Source: an uncultured Methanoregulaceae archaeon (GTDB taxonomy: Archaea; Halobacteriota; Methanomicrobia; Methanomicrobiales; Methanospirillaceae). From it: a stretch of DNA of 64,000 nucleotides. Position 1 is the first letter of the stretch. Each line of letters starts with the position of its first letter. The notes under the pieces were generated by a model. It was not told where the DNA came from. It did no database searches and saw nothing but the letters and a program-made list of their open reading frames with translations. Positions 11,812 to 22,413 of this stretch are shown one piece after another. The stretch covers positions 1,664,001-1,728,000 of the forward strand of contig OY969564.1 in assembly GCA_963701095.1 (NCBI GenBank), in the 5' to 3' direction. The position numbers and the translations under genes were made by a program.

Positions 11812-12061
11812 GTATACCTATATGTCGAGATTTACTGATAGGAGTATTGATCGTGCTCATTCCCCGGAATTACATAGTTATACCCCGGTGACAGAGGGAG
11901 AATTAACCCTCAAAAAAGTCTATTTCATCGGCTGAAGGCTACCTGTACTATAAGGAGTTGGCGGTACCTATAGGTACTATTGTTAGTCATCGTTTCCGCC
12001 CGATACAAAAATCAGGTATCCCGCATTTGAACCTGATGAAGAGGAGAAGATAATCACTATT

Positions 12062-12511
12062 ATGGAAAACTCTGGTAATGAAATAAGCGAGGAACGTGTT
12101 GCAGCACTTGAAATGAAGGTTAATAAGATGAACGCCCTCGTAGAGGGACTCACAGAAGAACTTCTGGATCTTAAGGCCCTTAACAGGCAGATGTCCAATC
12201 AAATCCAGGATCATAATCTGCATGGCATCAAAAATACGCATTTCGTCGTCAAGGATTCCCCAATAAACGACTCTGTCATTGCTCACGAGACAACGCCACT
12301 GCGGCAGAATACGAGCACAGTCGCCGTAAGCAGCCCCCGTGTCGAGGAATCTTCGCCTGAGCCGGAAATGGTCATGATCATGCAGAATGACGGGACCAGA
12401 AAACTTGAGCCCCGGCGTGGGAACAGCAATTGTTCGTTCCCTTTGGCGGGGCAAGGCGGCAATAAGCAAAAAACCATGGTCAAGTCAAAGCTTACTGACT
12501 TTGCCAAGTAA
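12062..12511 (+). CDS. Hypothetical protein (N-terminal coiled coil, C-terminal MIMQ.DGT.K.E.R motif)
   Basis: LEMKVNKMNALVEGLTEELLDLKA coiled coil; architecture resembles conserved euryarchaeal hypotheticals. Confidence 0.65.
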   Translation: MENSGNEISEERVAALEMKVNKMNALVEGLTEELLDLKALNRQMSNQIQDHNLHGIKNTHFVVKDSPINDSVIAHETTPLRQNTSTVAVSSPRVEESSPEPEMVMIMQNDGTRKLEPRRGNSNCSFPLAGQGGNKQKTMVKSKLTDFAK

Positions 12512-12777
12512 TCTAGGGTCAGATAAACGTCACCACTTGACTGGTTCTATGTGATCTTAGGAACTACAGATAGACATATGAGGCCACGAACCAACTCTTG
12601 CCCGTCACAAGAGAGCCGGTTCACCGGTTCAGGGAGAGGCAACCTTCCTACGGACAACAGCGGGGGGAAGCGATTGTCATCCCGTTTCGTGAGGCACTGC
12701 ATCTGGTGCAGACGACCGGGAATACAAGCGGCTTTGCCAGAATACCAGAAACCAAAATAAAAACAGTGAGGTAAGAA

Positions 12778-14379
12778 ATGTCACAACAACTTGGCGGACA
12801 GCCAATTATCATTATTAACCAGGGAACAAAACGAAGTCGCGGGGAGGAAGCCCAGCGCTCGAACATTATGGCTGCAAAGGCAATCGCTGGCGCAGTCCGG
12901 ACCACCCTTGGTCCCCGGGGCATGGACAAGATGCTTGTCGGTTCAACGGGAGATATTGTCATAACAAACGATGGTGCGACCATTTTGAGTGAAATCTCGG
13001 TCAAGCACCCCGGCGGAAAGATGATGGTCGAAGTCGCAATGACCCAGGATGATCAGGTAGGTGACGGAACTACAACAGCCGTTGTTATTGCTGGTGCCCT
13101 GATGGAGCAGGCAGAAATCCTGCTCGAAATGGGCATCCATCCAACGGTTATCTCTGAGGGATACCGCAAGGGCATGGAAAAAGCCATTGAAATAGCAACC
13201 TCCCTTTCGTTCAAGGTCGACCCGAAGGACAGAAAGACCCTGATCAGGATCGCCGACACTGCAATCACGGGCAAGTCAGTCGAATCAGCTAAAGAGAAAC
13301 TCGACAGTATCATCGTGGATGCAGTTATGGCCATCGCTGAAAAAACCGATGGGAAATACATTGCCGATGAAGATGACGTGCTGATAAAGAAGCATAAGGG
13401 CAAATCAATCGACGATTCCGAGCTTGTCCGCGGTGTTATCCTTGATAAGAAACGGGTATCCGAAAGCATGCCAAAAAGGGTCACCGGGGCAAAGGTAGCC
13501 CTTATTGCAATGCCGCTTGAGATCACCAAGACCCAGGTAAAGGCGAAGATCAAGATTACAACCGCTGAGCAGATCTCCTCATTCTCCCAACAGGAGCAGA
13601 GTTCCCTGAAAAAACTGGCCGATTCCGTGATTTCATCGGGAGCGAATGTCCTTCTCTGCCAGAAGGGCATTGCAGACCCGGTCCAGTTCTTCCTTGCAAA
13701 GCACGGCGTATTTGCAGTTGAGGACGTCCCTGAAAAAGATCTCAAATATGCAGCTCGTGCGTTGCATGCAAATATTGTCAACAAACCGGAAGACCTGACG
13801 GCAAAAGATCTCGGGCATGCCGAAGTTGTCGAAGAGGATAACAATCTCGACATTACCAGGATATCCGGGTGCAAGAACCCCAAAACCATAAGTATCCTGC
13901 TCCGGGGCACAAGCGATTATCTCCTCGACGAGCTGGAACGTGCGGTTGTTGACGGAACCCGTGTCGTCATGGATGCGATCGAAGACGGTACGTATGTTGT
14001 TGGTGGTGGTGCCGTAGAGATCGAGCTTTTAATGAAGATCCGGAATTACGCTGAGACAGTCGGGGGGCGTATCCAGATGGCTATTGAAGGATACGCGACG
14101 GCCTTTGAGATTATCCCGCGAACCTTAGCGGAAAACTCCGGATACAGCCCGATTGACAAGCTGGTTGCCCTCAAGAACGCTCATGCGAAAGGGCAGAAGA
14201 CAGCCGGCCTCAACGTATACAATGGAGAGGTTATCGATATGCTCAAGGAAGGTGTATTTGAACCGCTCCGGTCCAAGCGCCAGTCCATCCAGAGTGCATC
14301 AGAAACCGCGATCATGCTCATCCGTATAGATGATATGATGATCACCCAGTCTCCATCAGCGGGACAGTCAGAAATGTGA
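12778..14379 (+). CDS. ths: Thermosome (group II chaperonin) subunit
   Basis: [40 protein letters not shown]. Confidence 0.96.
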   Translation: MSQQLGGQPIIIINQGTKRSRGEEAQRSNIMAAKAIAGAVRTTLGPRGMDKMLVGSTGDIVITNDGATILSEISVKHPGGKMMVEVAMTQDDQVGDGTTTAVVIAGALMEQAEILLEMGIHPTVISEGYRKGMEKAIEIATSLSFKVDPKDRKTLIRIADTAITGKSVESAKEKLDSIIVDAVMAIAEKTDGKYIADEDDVLIKKHKGKSIDDSELVRGVILDKKRVSESMPKRVTGAKVALIAMPLEITKTQVKAKIKITTAEQISSFSQQEQSSLKKLADSVISSGANVLLCQKGIADPVQFFLAKHGVFAVEDVPEKDLKYAARALHANIVNKPEDLTAKDLGHAEVVEEDNNLDITRISGCKNPKTISILLRGTSDYLLDELERAVVDGTRVVMDAIEDGTYVVGGGAVEIELLMKIRNYAETVGGRIQMAIEGYATAFEIIPRTLAENSGYSPIDKLVALKNAHAKGQKTAGLNVYNGEVIDMLKEGVFEPLRSKRQSIQSASETAIMLIRIDDMMITQSPSAGQSEM

Positions 14380-14442
14380 TGACTGCTCTATTCTTTTTTA
14401 ATCAAAAAAACTTCTAATTTAAAAATAGGTCAAAAAGAGGAG

Positions 14443-14988
14443 TTATCTTTTTTTCATACTAATAATTGCAACACCGAAGATCCCAGGAGCACCCAGAGTT
14501 GTAATCGGGGAAAGCCCGGCTTTGGTTGTCTAGGTGGCGGGATTTAGCGGAGAAGCGACTGGAACGGGCTTTCCCGCATTCGTGGGAGCAGGAGCAGTCG
14601 TGACCTGTGCGCTGACGGATGGAGCAGCGATCTGTGCGAGGTGAACGAGCGTGACCGACTCCCCATTGTCAATACCGCCATTCACGTTGATGGACGATGA
14701 ATACGGCTGGTATCCGTTCTGATTTATCGTGAAGGTTTAGTAGCTGTTGCCGACAAGCGAGTAAAAGTCGAACACACCGTCTGCATTAAGATCGAGGGGA
14801 AGATTCTGACACATTTCCATCGCTGCCGACCAATGCCCCCAAGTCCGGGATCGATGCGGTACCAGTCCTTGTTGCAACCGGCCTGTGCGGTGCAATCTTC
14901 CTGTTCCATGATCGAAAACTATAGCGGGAGTTGTTGATGAGGAATTTGGTCTGGCAAAATACCAAAAAACTGAGATTGTGTGGGACAA
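14443..14988 (-). pseudogene. Degraded cell-surface protein (PEGA-like segment, P/T/A linker, C-terminal TM and KKR tail)
   Basis: One frame reads ..SLVGNSY*TFTINQNGYQPYSSSINV..TTAPAPT..PAT*TTKAGLSPITTLGAPGIFGVAIISMKKR*; in-frame stops at 14737 and 14530. Confidence 0.6.
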
Positions 14989-15029
14989 CCCATTGTTTAT
15001 TCTCTAAATTGTTTTTGGAAAGTTCGTGT

Positions 15030-16136
15030 CTATTCGGGCATGTTCGCCTTTACCCATGCGTACGTGCCTTTCCGGTCGTAGACATGCGATATAATGTAGT
15101 TATAGACATTTGCATAGGATTTATCGAGAGCCACCTGCCTGTTGTACTGGGCAAGTTCGGCATTATAGGAAGCAACAAGAGAGTTTTGGGACGAGACCTC
15201 GGCATTGTAGCCCGGGATATTTCCTCTCCCGAGCATGGCATTCATCCGGGATTGGATTTCGGAGATCTGTCCCTGTTTTGCGGTGAGATCTGGCACGAGC
15301 GCATTATCCTGCGTTTCCAGGCTGATCGCTTTCTGATTTGAGACGGTAGCCGTGTTATTCAGGTATGCTGTTTCTGCACCGCTGGTATATTCCGTTGTAC
15401 CGTTCCCCACGGGGACAACCATCGGTTCTGAAGTGAGTTCAATGCCTCCTTCAAGTTCTGCGGGCGGGATTCCTACGTAGGAGAGATTGGTTGACTCAAG
15501 GTAGGCATATCCGGTATCTTTGTAGAGCGTATCCGGTGAGCCGACGCCGAGTGCCATATGGTTTTCCGGCGTGAACGTGAAGATTGCAACCTTGTACCCT
15601 TCCCGGGAAAGAAGCCCGGCAAGAAGCAGGCTCTTGTCGGCACAGTTACCGGTTCCGTCCACCACTGTTTCGACCGGGAACTTCGCGACTTCCCCGGGCC
15701 TGCTCTGGTAGGGAAGGGACTGGATATACGTCGCCATGAGTTCGAGGTACTCATCACTGGACAGTCCCATGTCATTTTTGATCTTCCGGAACTGCGTGAT
15801 AAGGTCTGTGTACATCTGTTCCTGTGCCGGATCATTGATCATCTCCATGTAACTGTCCGTAATCCAGACTTTGTCTGTTACATTGCCATAAACCGTAACT
15901 GAGGTAGATGTAGATTTGGCAGCCTGGCAGACGGCAGCATCAACCGGAAGAGATATCGTAATTTTGCTGCTCTCAAAGAGGAACGTGTTCGTGACATTAA
16001 TCGGCGCCGAATTATCCGTGCTCACGTCGATATGGGGAACAACAACCGCCTGCGGGGCAAACACGCAACCGGCAAGGAGCGTGCCTGCGAATAATACGAT
16101 GATGAGAATTGCGAGGTATTTTTCCGAGCGGTGCAT
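15030..16136 (-). CDS. Transglutaminase-like cysteine-protease-fold lipoprotein with C-terminal coiled coil
   Basis: Lipobox-like LLAGC; FPVETVVDGTGNCADKSLLL, ENHMALGV, YLEST (Cys-His-Glu). Confidence 0.7.
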   Translation of the reverse strand: MHRSEKYLAILIIVLFAGTLLAGCVFAPQAVVVPHIDVSTDNSAPINVTNTFLFESSKITISLPVDAAVCQAAKSTSTSVTVYGNVTDKVWITDSYMEMINDPAQEQMYTDLITQFRKIKNDMGLSSDEYLELMATYIQSLPYQSRPGEVAKFPVETVVDGTGNCADKSLLLAGLLSREGYKVAIFTFTPENHMALGVGSPDTLYKDTGYAYLESTNLSYVGIPPAELEGGIELTSEPMVVPVGNGTTEYTSGAETAYLNNTATVSNQKAISLETQDNALVPDLTAKQGQISEIQSRMNAMLGRGNIPGYNAEVSSQNSLVASYNAELAQYNRQVALDKSYANVYNYIISHVYDRKGTYAWVKANMPE

Positions 16137-16298
16137 GGTCTGGTTCAGGATGGGGAAGGTCAATCGTTGTCCAGTCGGGTTTTTTTGTCACGGCCAGTTT
16201 TTCCAAACCGTTCAATAATTGATAATTATTTCAGTCCTGAAACAATAAATCGTTGATCTTTGAGGAGGATCTTAAGATCAGCGGCTAAAATCTCTATC

Positions 16299-17387
16299 TC
16301 ATACCAGCTCATACAACGTCGTCCGCTGCTTCAGATTCCGACCTAAATCTGCAGTCATCCGTTCCATAATTATCGGATCAAGGTAACTTGCATCTCCTGC
16401 CCCAGCATCCACAGAAACCTCGTCAGTGAACATTGTCCCTGCAAGATCATTGCCACCGCACAGGAGTGCCAGCTGGGTCATCTTCAGCCCGAGTTTACCC
16501 CAGGAAACCTGGACATTGTCAAAATTATCTAAAAAGAGCCGGGAAACCGCGATCATCAGCAGGTCTTCCCTTCCGGTTGCCCCGGCTCTTGCGATACCTG
16601 AGGTATACAGTGGAGTATTGGTATGAATATAGGACATCGGGATGAACTCGGTAAATCCATGGGTCTCATCCTGGATATTCCGGATAATCGCCATATGATT
16701 CACTTGGTCCCGGGCGGATTCATACGAACCGTACATGATCGTCGCTGAGGATCGAATTCCTAGCGAATGCGCCTCCCGGATGATCCGTGCCCATTCGGCA
16801 CCGGAAACTTTCCGGGGGCAGATCACTTTCCGGACCGATTCAATAAGGATCTCCGCTGCCGTACCCTGAAGAGAGCCAAGTCCTGCATACTTGAGTGCTG
16901 CAAGAATCTCTTTCGTCGAACACTTTCCCTTCCGGGCTGTATGGTCAACTTCATCGGGACTGAACGCGTGAACATGGATCTCCGGGGCGATCTCATGAAC
17001 CGCATGAATCAAGTCGATATATCGTGCAAGATCAAACGCCGGGTTAACCCCGGAAAGGAGACAGACTTCGGTCACGGTGCGTTGATGTGCAAGCCGAACG
17101 CCCGCCTTTATACCCTCGCGATCGAGACAATAGGCTTCGGGATCGGTTGCTTTCTTCCCAAACCCGCAGAACCCGCAGAGGTTCTTGCAGATGTTAGTCA
17201 CATGCAGGTTCTGGTTCCGGACATAGGTGACAATATCACCAACTTTTCGTTCCCGCATATCATCGGCAGCCGTGAGTATACGGAAAACATCACGGCCGGT
17301 CGTCTTCATGAGGGCCTCACCTTCGGCAGTCGTGAGACGGTGGCCATCTAACACATCGCGAAGGAGAGGAGTAAGGGAGGAAGTCAT
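16299..17387 (-). CDS. cofH: FO synthase subunit CofH, second paralog
   Basis: NLHVTNICKNLCGFCGF, GTAAEIL, GGNDLAGT. Confidence 0.88.
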   Translation of the reverse strand: MTSSLTPLLRDVLDGHRLTTAEGEALMKTTGRDVFRILTAADDMRERKVGDIVTYVRNQNLHVTNICKNLCGFCGFGKKATDPEAYCLDREGIKAGVRLAHQRTVTEVCLLSGVNPAFDLARYIDLIHAVHEIAPEIHVHAFSPDEVDHTARKGKCSTKEILAALKYAGLGSLQGTAAEILIESVRKVICPRKVSGAEWARIIREAHSLGIRSSATIMYGSYESARDQVNHMAIIRNIQDETHGFTEFIPMSYIHTNTPLYTSGIARAGATGREDLLMIAVSRLFLDNFDNVQVSWGKLGLKMTQLALLCGGNDLAGTMFTDEVSVDAGAGDASYLDPIIMERMTADLGRNLKQRTTLYELV

Positions 17388-17407
17388 GGACGTCACAAAA
17401 AATTATT

Positions 17408-18370
17408 TTATTTCTTAGATTTGGTGCCTTTCTGCGGGTTCCTGGATTTTTTGGATTTTTTACCCGGACCTTCTTCCTTTTTCTTTGCATACCAGTCCCA
17501 GGCGATTATCGCAATAATAACGACAATGATTACCCAGAAAATATGAAGCGGTAAAAGCCCGACAAGAGGAATGGTAAAGAGTGCTTTTCCAACCACCCAA
17601 TTTTTCTCTACCGGATCGATGGTCTGGTTATTGTTTACCGTCAGATACCCTTCGTCGCTGACCGGGTTATTGTCCCCTTTGGTGATGTAGCCGCTGTTTA
17701 CTGCGGGGGCCGAATACTGGATGTACCCCTGGTTAGAAACGACATATTGTTCGGGAAGGAAATACTTCGCGTTTGCAGTGCCAAAAGCTATACCCTCGGC
17801 ATTTTCGGAAACATTTTCCGGGGGTGTTTGGTTTTCCGGGTACAGGAGATAGTACCCGTAGGTCGTTGAATTACTGGTCGCGAGCGGAATATATTCGGCA
17901 GGTGTCACTTTCCCTTCATAGGGGTTGAGATAGGACGGCTGGGGACTTCCGGCATCCACCCAGGTCATGGCACGGTGAATGATGGGATGCTGGCTTGAAA
18001 GCGGCAAAAGGCCAATCGAGGCCCAGAAATCCGTAACACCGTCTGGCCGGTAGATAATCACATCCCCGTAATCGCCGAACTTCTGATAGCCGGTCGCATG
18101 GGCGTCCTCCCAGGTCTGGACAGGGCCAAACCGGTCCTGCTGCACCACAACGACAAGATCACCGATATTCATGTGGGGCTCCATGCTCCCTGATTCCACG
18201 GTGACAATTGCAGGCCACGTCCCGCAAATCAGATAGAGGGCAAGAGCGATACACCCTACGACTACAATAACCCAGAGGAGGTCACGGGCAAGCGAGACGG
18301 CCCAGTTATCACTTGTCCTGAACGCCGTTATCATCGCGCGGATATCCCGCGGCTTATCGTTTTCTGCCAT
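17408..18370 (-). CDS. sec11: Signal peptidase I (S26, Sec11/SipW-type)
   Basis: TM followed by VESGSMEP, GDVIIY, PIIHR, TKGDNN..SD; C-terminal TM. Confidence 0.88.
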   Translation of the reverse strand: MAENDKPRDIRAMITAFRTSDNWAVSLARDLLWVIVVVGCIALALYLICGTWPAIVTVESGSMEPHMNIGDLVVVVQQDRFGPVQTWEDAHATGYQKFGDYGDVIIYRPDGVTDFWASIGLLPLSSQHPIIHRAMTWVDAGSPQPSYLNPYEGKVTPAEYIPLATSNSTTYGYYLLYPENQTPPENVSENAEGIAFGTANAKYFLPEQYVVSNQGYIQYSAPAVNSGYITKGDNNPVSDEGYLTVNNNQTIDPVEKNWVVGKALFTIPLVGLLPLHIFWVIIVVIIAIIAWDWYAKKKEEGPGKKSKKSRNPQKGTKSKK

Positions 18371-18421
18371 TCCTTAGCGGACTCTATTGGCTTTTTTTGT
18401 TAATATAGCGCTCTCTTTTAC

Positions 18422-19054
18422 CTATGTCACGGAAAATGCGACGCTCACGAGGTAGTATACCCCAAAGACCATCAGAAAAAACCCGCACGCGAGCATGATC
18501 CGCTGGTATAACGTATCAGAAAGGATGGTTTTTCCTTTCGCTATCCCGCTGGATACCACAGTGTACCACCCGAGATCTGCACACCAGTGACCGACCATGA
18601 ACACACAGGCAAGGAGTATCCCCCCGGCAAGACCGGCGATTACCATCGCGCCCCCGACGGTCAGCCACCAGATCCAGAAATACGGGTTAGCGACACTGGT
18701 CATAAAACCGGCAAAGTACGGGTTTTTGGTGATGGCAGAATCAGGGGTTGCGCTTCGTACCAGCGAAACCTGCCTGCTCCCGACAACAGTAAATATGCCA
18801 AAGAGGATGAGCGCGACCCCACCGATAACAGCAACTGCTGTTGTGTAATGCAGTGCTACCGTTGCAAGACCGGCTACGATCAAAACGACGATAATCAGCT
18901 CGGAAAGCATGTGGCCAAGGGTCACCCGGGGGCCCATCGTCCAGCCACCGCGTATCGATGCATTGACTGTTGCCACTAAGGTAGGACCGGGTGCGAGGGC
19001 ACCAGTCAGGCCGACAACAAATGCAAGGGCAAACGTCTGGAGCATATCGAGCAT
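18422..19054 (-). CDS. LysE family transporter
   Basis: GLTGALAPGPT, GHMLSE, NPYFWIWW. Confidence 0.85.
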   Translation of the reverse strand: MLDMLQTFALAFVVGLTGALAPGPTLVATVNASIRGGWTMGPRVTLGHMLSELIIVVLIVAGLATVALHYTTAVAVIGGVALILFGIFTVVGSRQVSLVRSATPDSAITKNPYFAGFMTSVANPYFWIWWLTVGGAMVIAGLAGGILLACVFMVGHWCADLGWYTVVSSGIAKGKTILSDTLYQRIMLACGFFLMVFGVYYLVSVAFSVT

Positions 19055-19167
19055 GGTACGGAGGCGTCTCCTTGAAGTGAACAGGATATGACGGAGGATA
19101 ATATCAAGGAATCCTTCGCGCGCACCAATAGCATCACCTTTTTTTCCGGTGCACTCTATACTATGCA

Positions 19168-20571
19168 ATGATTGATGCGCAACAGATTACGCTCCGGTTT
19201 CTCGATACCCGGCTCCAGGTGCACCCTGATGTAGTGCGCTATATCCAGGAGCAGGATAACCTGGATTTGATCGACCGCATCATCGCATCGGTCTCTGAAG
19301 ATACCGTTGTAGTATCGCCAAAGCATATCCCGGGAATAAACGCGACCCGGGACGGTATGCGATTTTTAACCGACCCTACCGTAGAGATCGTTTCGGGAAG
19401 CCCCGGTACCTCCGGAAGTATCAACGGTACAGCCGATTACCTCCATTATTTCCGGGACCGGTACAACCGGCTGGGAGCTGATGATCCGGAGCCGGTGCTC
19501 GGCGATGCCTATCGAAGGTCTCATCCGTTCGTCCCGGTTCCGTCAGGAAGAAAGCACCGTGATCGGTATGGTCACCGAGGTAAAGACCACCACAAACGGT
19601 CACCGGATTGCTGATATCGAAGATACCACAGGAAACCTTTCGGTACTCTTCCGGAAAGACCGGCCGATCTTTGCCGACGCCGAACGCTTAATCCTTGACG
19701 AGGTCATCGGAGTCAAAGGAAAACTTTCAAACGATGGCCGGCTTTTTTTGCTGAGCTGCTGTTCCGGCCTGATATCAGGATAGACAATAAGCCTTTTTTG
19801 TCCGAAACACCGGGAAAGGCGGTTTTTATCTCCGATGTTCATATAGGAAGCAATACCTTCCTTACCGACAGCTGGAACCATTTTATAGACTGGCTTTGTG
19901 AATCCGATGCTTCCTATCTCCTTATCGCAGGCGATCTTGTTGACGGGATAGGCGTCTTCCCGGGACAGGAACAGGAACTGACCATTAAAAACATCTACGA
20001 ACAGTACGACGCGTTCGGCGAGATGATAAGTGCCATTCCGCGTCGAATCAAGATCATTGTTGCCCCGGGAAACCATGATGTGGTCCGGGGTGCAGAGCCC
20101 CAGCCGGTGATCCCGGCACAGTTCACGAAAAAATTCCCCGATAACTGTATGCTGGTTGAGAACCCGGCACTCGTGAACCTGCAGGGTGTGCGGGTTCTTA
20201 TGTACCATGGTCGGTCTATCGATGATATGATAAGTCTCATCCCGGGAGCATCGTACGAACAGAGCGGGAAGATGATGGAGGAAATGCTCCAGCGCCGGCA
20301 CCTCGCCCCTGCATACGGCAGGCGCACACCTATTGCTGCAGGAAAAATCGACCGGTTAATCATTGACCCAATACCGGAGATCCTGCATACAGGGCATGTG
20401 CATATCAAGGGACTTACCCAGTACCGGGGAGTCCTTGGGATCAACGCCGGAACCTGGCAGTCCCAGACCGCGTTCCAGAAGCAGATGAACGTGAACCCGA
20501 CACCTGCCCAGGCTATAATGGTGGACCTCCAGACACTGGTGCCGGAAACGTTTTCGTTTTTACCAACGTGA
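19168..20571 (+). CDS. polD1: DNA polymerase D small (proofreading) subunit DP1; two frameshifts (about 19479, 19745)
   Basis: YFRDRY, OB fold, ISDVHIGS, AGDLVDG, PGNHD, HGRS, RRHLAP, TGHVH, WQSQT.FQ. Confidence 0.92.
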
Positions 20572-20752
20572 AAAAAGGGATGCCAAACATCAACTACTGT
20601 TCATTATCACGGTTTCCGGATACTTTCAGAATGTGTTTCAAAATTTAATTTTCATACAAGACCTTTTTAATACCTACAACTCTATCCTTCGCGCGTGGGT
20701 GTTGTCATGGATTCTATCGCCTCGCCATGATAGCACCAGGATTTGACTTTTT

Positions 20753-21157
20753 ATGGCATCAGATATTCAGAGAAAAAACGGGATGCCGGTTGGTAATACG
20801 GTCCAGATTGTCAGTGCAGAATCTATAACCATTCTGGATATGCCGGAAGGAAAATCGGTTGATCAGCTGATACACGAACTCAAAGAAGATAGTGACGAAA
20901 TGGTTCGATCAGCGGCGGCAAGTTCACTTGGACGTATCAAAGCGGAAAAATCAATTGAACCGCTTATCCAGGCATTAAACGATAAACACGTTTATGTCCG
21001 GCATGGAGCGGCATGGGCTCTCGGCGAATTAAAATCAGAAAAAGCCATCAGTGCACTCTACCGGGCCGCACTCGCCGACAACGATAAATTAACCAGGGGA
21101 ATAGCAGCCGAGGCTTTGTGGAAAATCCAGAAAGATCTCCAGACCTCTTCCTGCTAA
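20753..21157 (+). CDS. HEAT/PBS-lyase repeat protein
   Basis: VRSAAASSLG, VRHGAAWALG, RGIAAEAL repeats. Confidence 0.8.
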   Translation: MASDIQRKNGMPVGNTVQIVSAESITILDMPEGKSVDQLIHELKEDSDEMVRSAAASSLGRIKAEKSIEPLIQALNDKHVYVRHGAAWALGELKSEKAISALYRAALADNDKLTRGIAAEALWKIQKDLQTSSC

Positions 21158-21273
21158 AAAAAGACACACGCATCGCGCTGATACCATACCTCCGGGCTTT
21201 GTAAATGAGGCGAAGGTATATATTTTTCACCGGATATCGTTACAGCACCGTAAAAGCCTCAGAGGGATAGCCA

Positions 21274-22413
21274 TTGGAGTCACTTAAGATAGCCATTTTC
21301 TGCTGGGAATCGCTGTATGCCGAACGGGTGGGAGGTCTTGCCCCGGCAGCAACCCATCTTGCCGAAACCCTTGCAAAGACCTACGAGGTCCACTTTTTCA
21401 CCCGGGGCTGGATCCCGGACCAGACCGTCAATAATGTCAGCTACCATTACTGCCAGCCCCAGGGAATTAACATCGTGGAATACTGCAACAGCATGAGTCT
21501 TGGGATGGTGGAACAATTCAAAAAGGCCGATAGAAACCAGAAATTCGATTGCCTCCATTTCAATGACTGGCATCCCGTACAGGCGCTTCATCTCCTCCAA
21601 GACCGGAATACTATTCTCACCTTTCATTCGACTGAATACGGGAGGAGCGGTAACCATTTTGGCGACTGGTGGGAGTTCAAGGAAATTTCCGGCAAGGAAT
21701 GGTACGGCGGCCTGATTGCAAAACGGGTGACGGCTGTTTCTGCTTCGTTAAAAAACGAAGTCATGCAGCTGTATAACGTCCCGGACTGGAAATGCGATGT
21801 TATACCGAACGGGATTGTCCCATACCAGTATTACGCGCAGGTTGACGCAGCGGAAGTAAAACGGTCATACGGGATGGATCCCTCCGAAACGCTTATCCTT
21901 TTCATCGGAAGGCTTGCCTACCAGAAAGGGCCTGACCTGCTTATCGGGGCAATAAAGACCGTATGCCAGAACCACCGGGACGCAAAACTGATCGTTGCCG
22001 GTGAAGGAGACATGCGTCAGCTGCTTGAGGAAAGAGCAAAGGATCTCCCGGTTAATTTTGTCGGGTATATCCCGGACGCCGAGTATATCCGGCTCCTGAA
22101 CGCCTGCGACCTCGTAGTAATTCCCAGCCGGAACGAGCCGTTCGGTCTTGTTCTTCTGGAAGCGTGGAGTGCGAAAAAAGGGGTAGTGGCATCCAATGTT
22201 GGCGGGCTTTCAGAAAACATTGATGCCTTTATTGACGGCGTCAAAGTTGAACCTCATCAGGAAGAACTTGCCGAGGGCATTGACGGTATCCTCAGCAACC
22301 CGTCGCAGGCAGAAGCATTCGGGAAGCGGGGCCGGAAAAAAATTGACCGGCAGTTCAGGTGGGATCCGATAGGGAAGAAGATGATCGACACCTATGCACG
22401 GGTGGTAACATGA
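21274..22413 (+). CDS. GT4 glycosyltransferase (glycogen synthase-like)
   Basis: VGGLA, NDWH, GRLAYQKG, PSRNEPFGLVLLEA; TTG start. Confidence 0.88.
   Translation: MESLKIAIFCWESLYAERVGGLAPAATHLAETLAKTYEVHFFTRGWIPDQTVNNVSYHYCQPQGINIVEYCNSMSLGMVEQFKKADRNQKFDCLHFNDWHPVQALHLLQDRNTILTFHSTEYGRSGNHFGDWWEFKEISGKEWYGGLIAKRVTAVSASLKNEVMQLYNVPDWKCDVIPNGIVPYQYYAQVDAAEVKRSYGMDPSETLILFIGRLAYQKGPDLLIGAIKTVCQNHRDAKLIVAGEGDMRQLLEERAKDLPVNFVGYIPDAEYIRLLNACDLVVIPSRNEPFGLVLLEAWSAKKGVVASNVGGLSENIDAFIDGVKVEPHQEELAEGIDGILSNPSQAEAFGKRGRKKIDRQFRWDPIGKKMIDTYARVVT

Noticed and set aside
12611..12655. Resemblance to group II intron domains V-VI (GAGCCGG..CCGGTTC followed by a GCAA hairpin and ..CCTAC..AC)
   Set aside because: The DV-like stem lacks the upper helix and catalytic bulge; no 5' intron domains or RT ORF nearby
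2127..17387. Two cofH paralogs without cofG in the window
   Set aside because: Duplicate cofH genes unlinked to cofG are not unusual in methanogens
17408..20571. Replication origin near sec11-polD1, or SipW as the dedicated peptidase of the filament locus
   Set aside because: No cdc6 gene or ORB repeats seen; the peptidase is 15 kb from the filament locus in a housekeeping context
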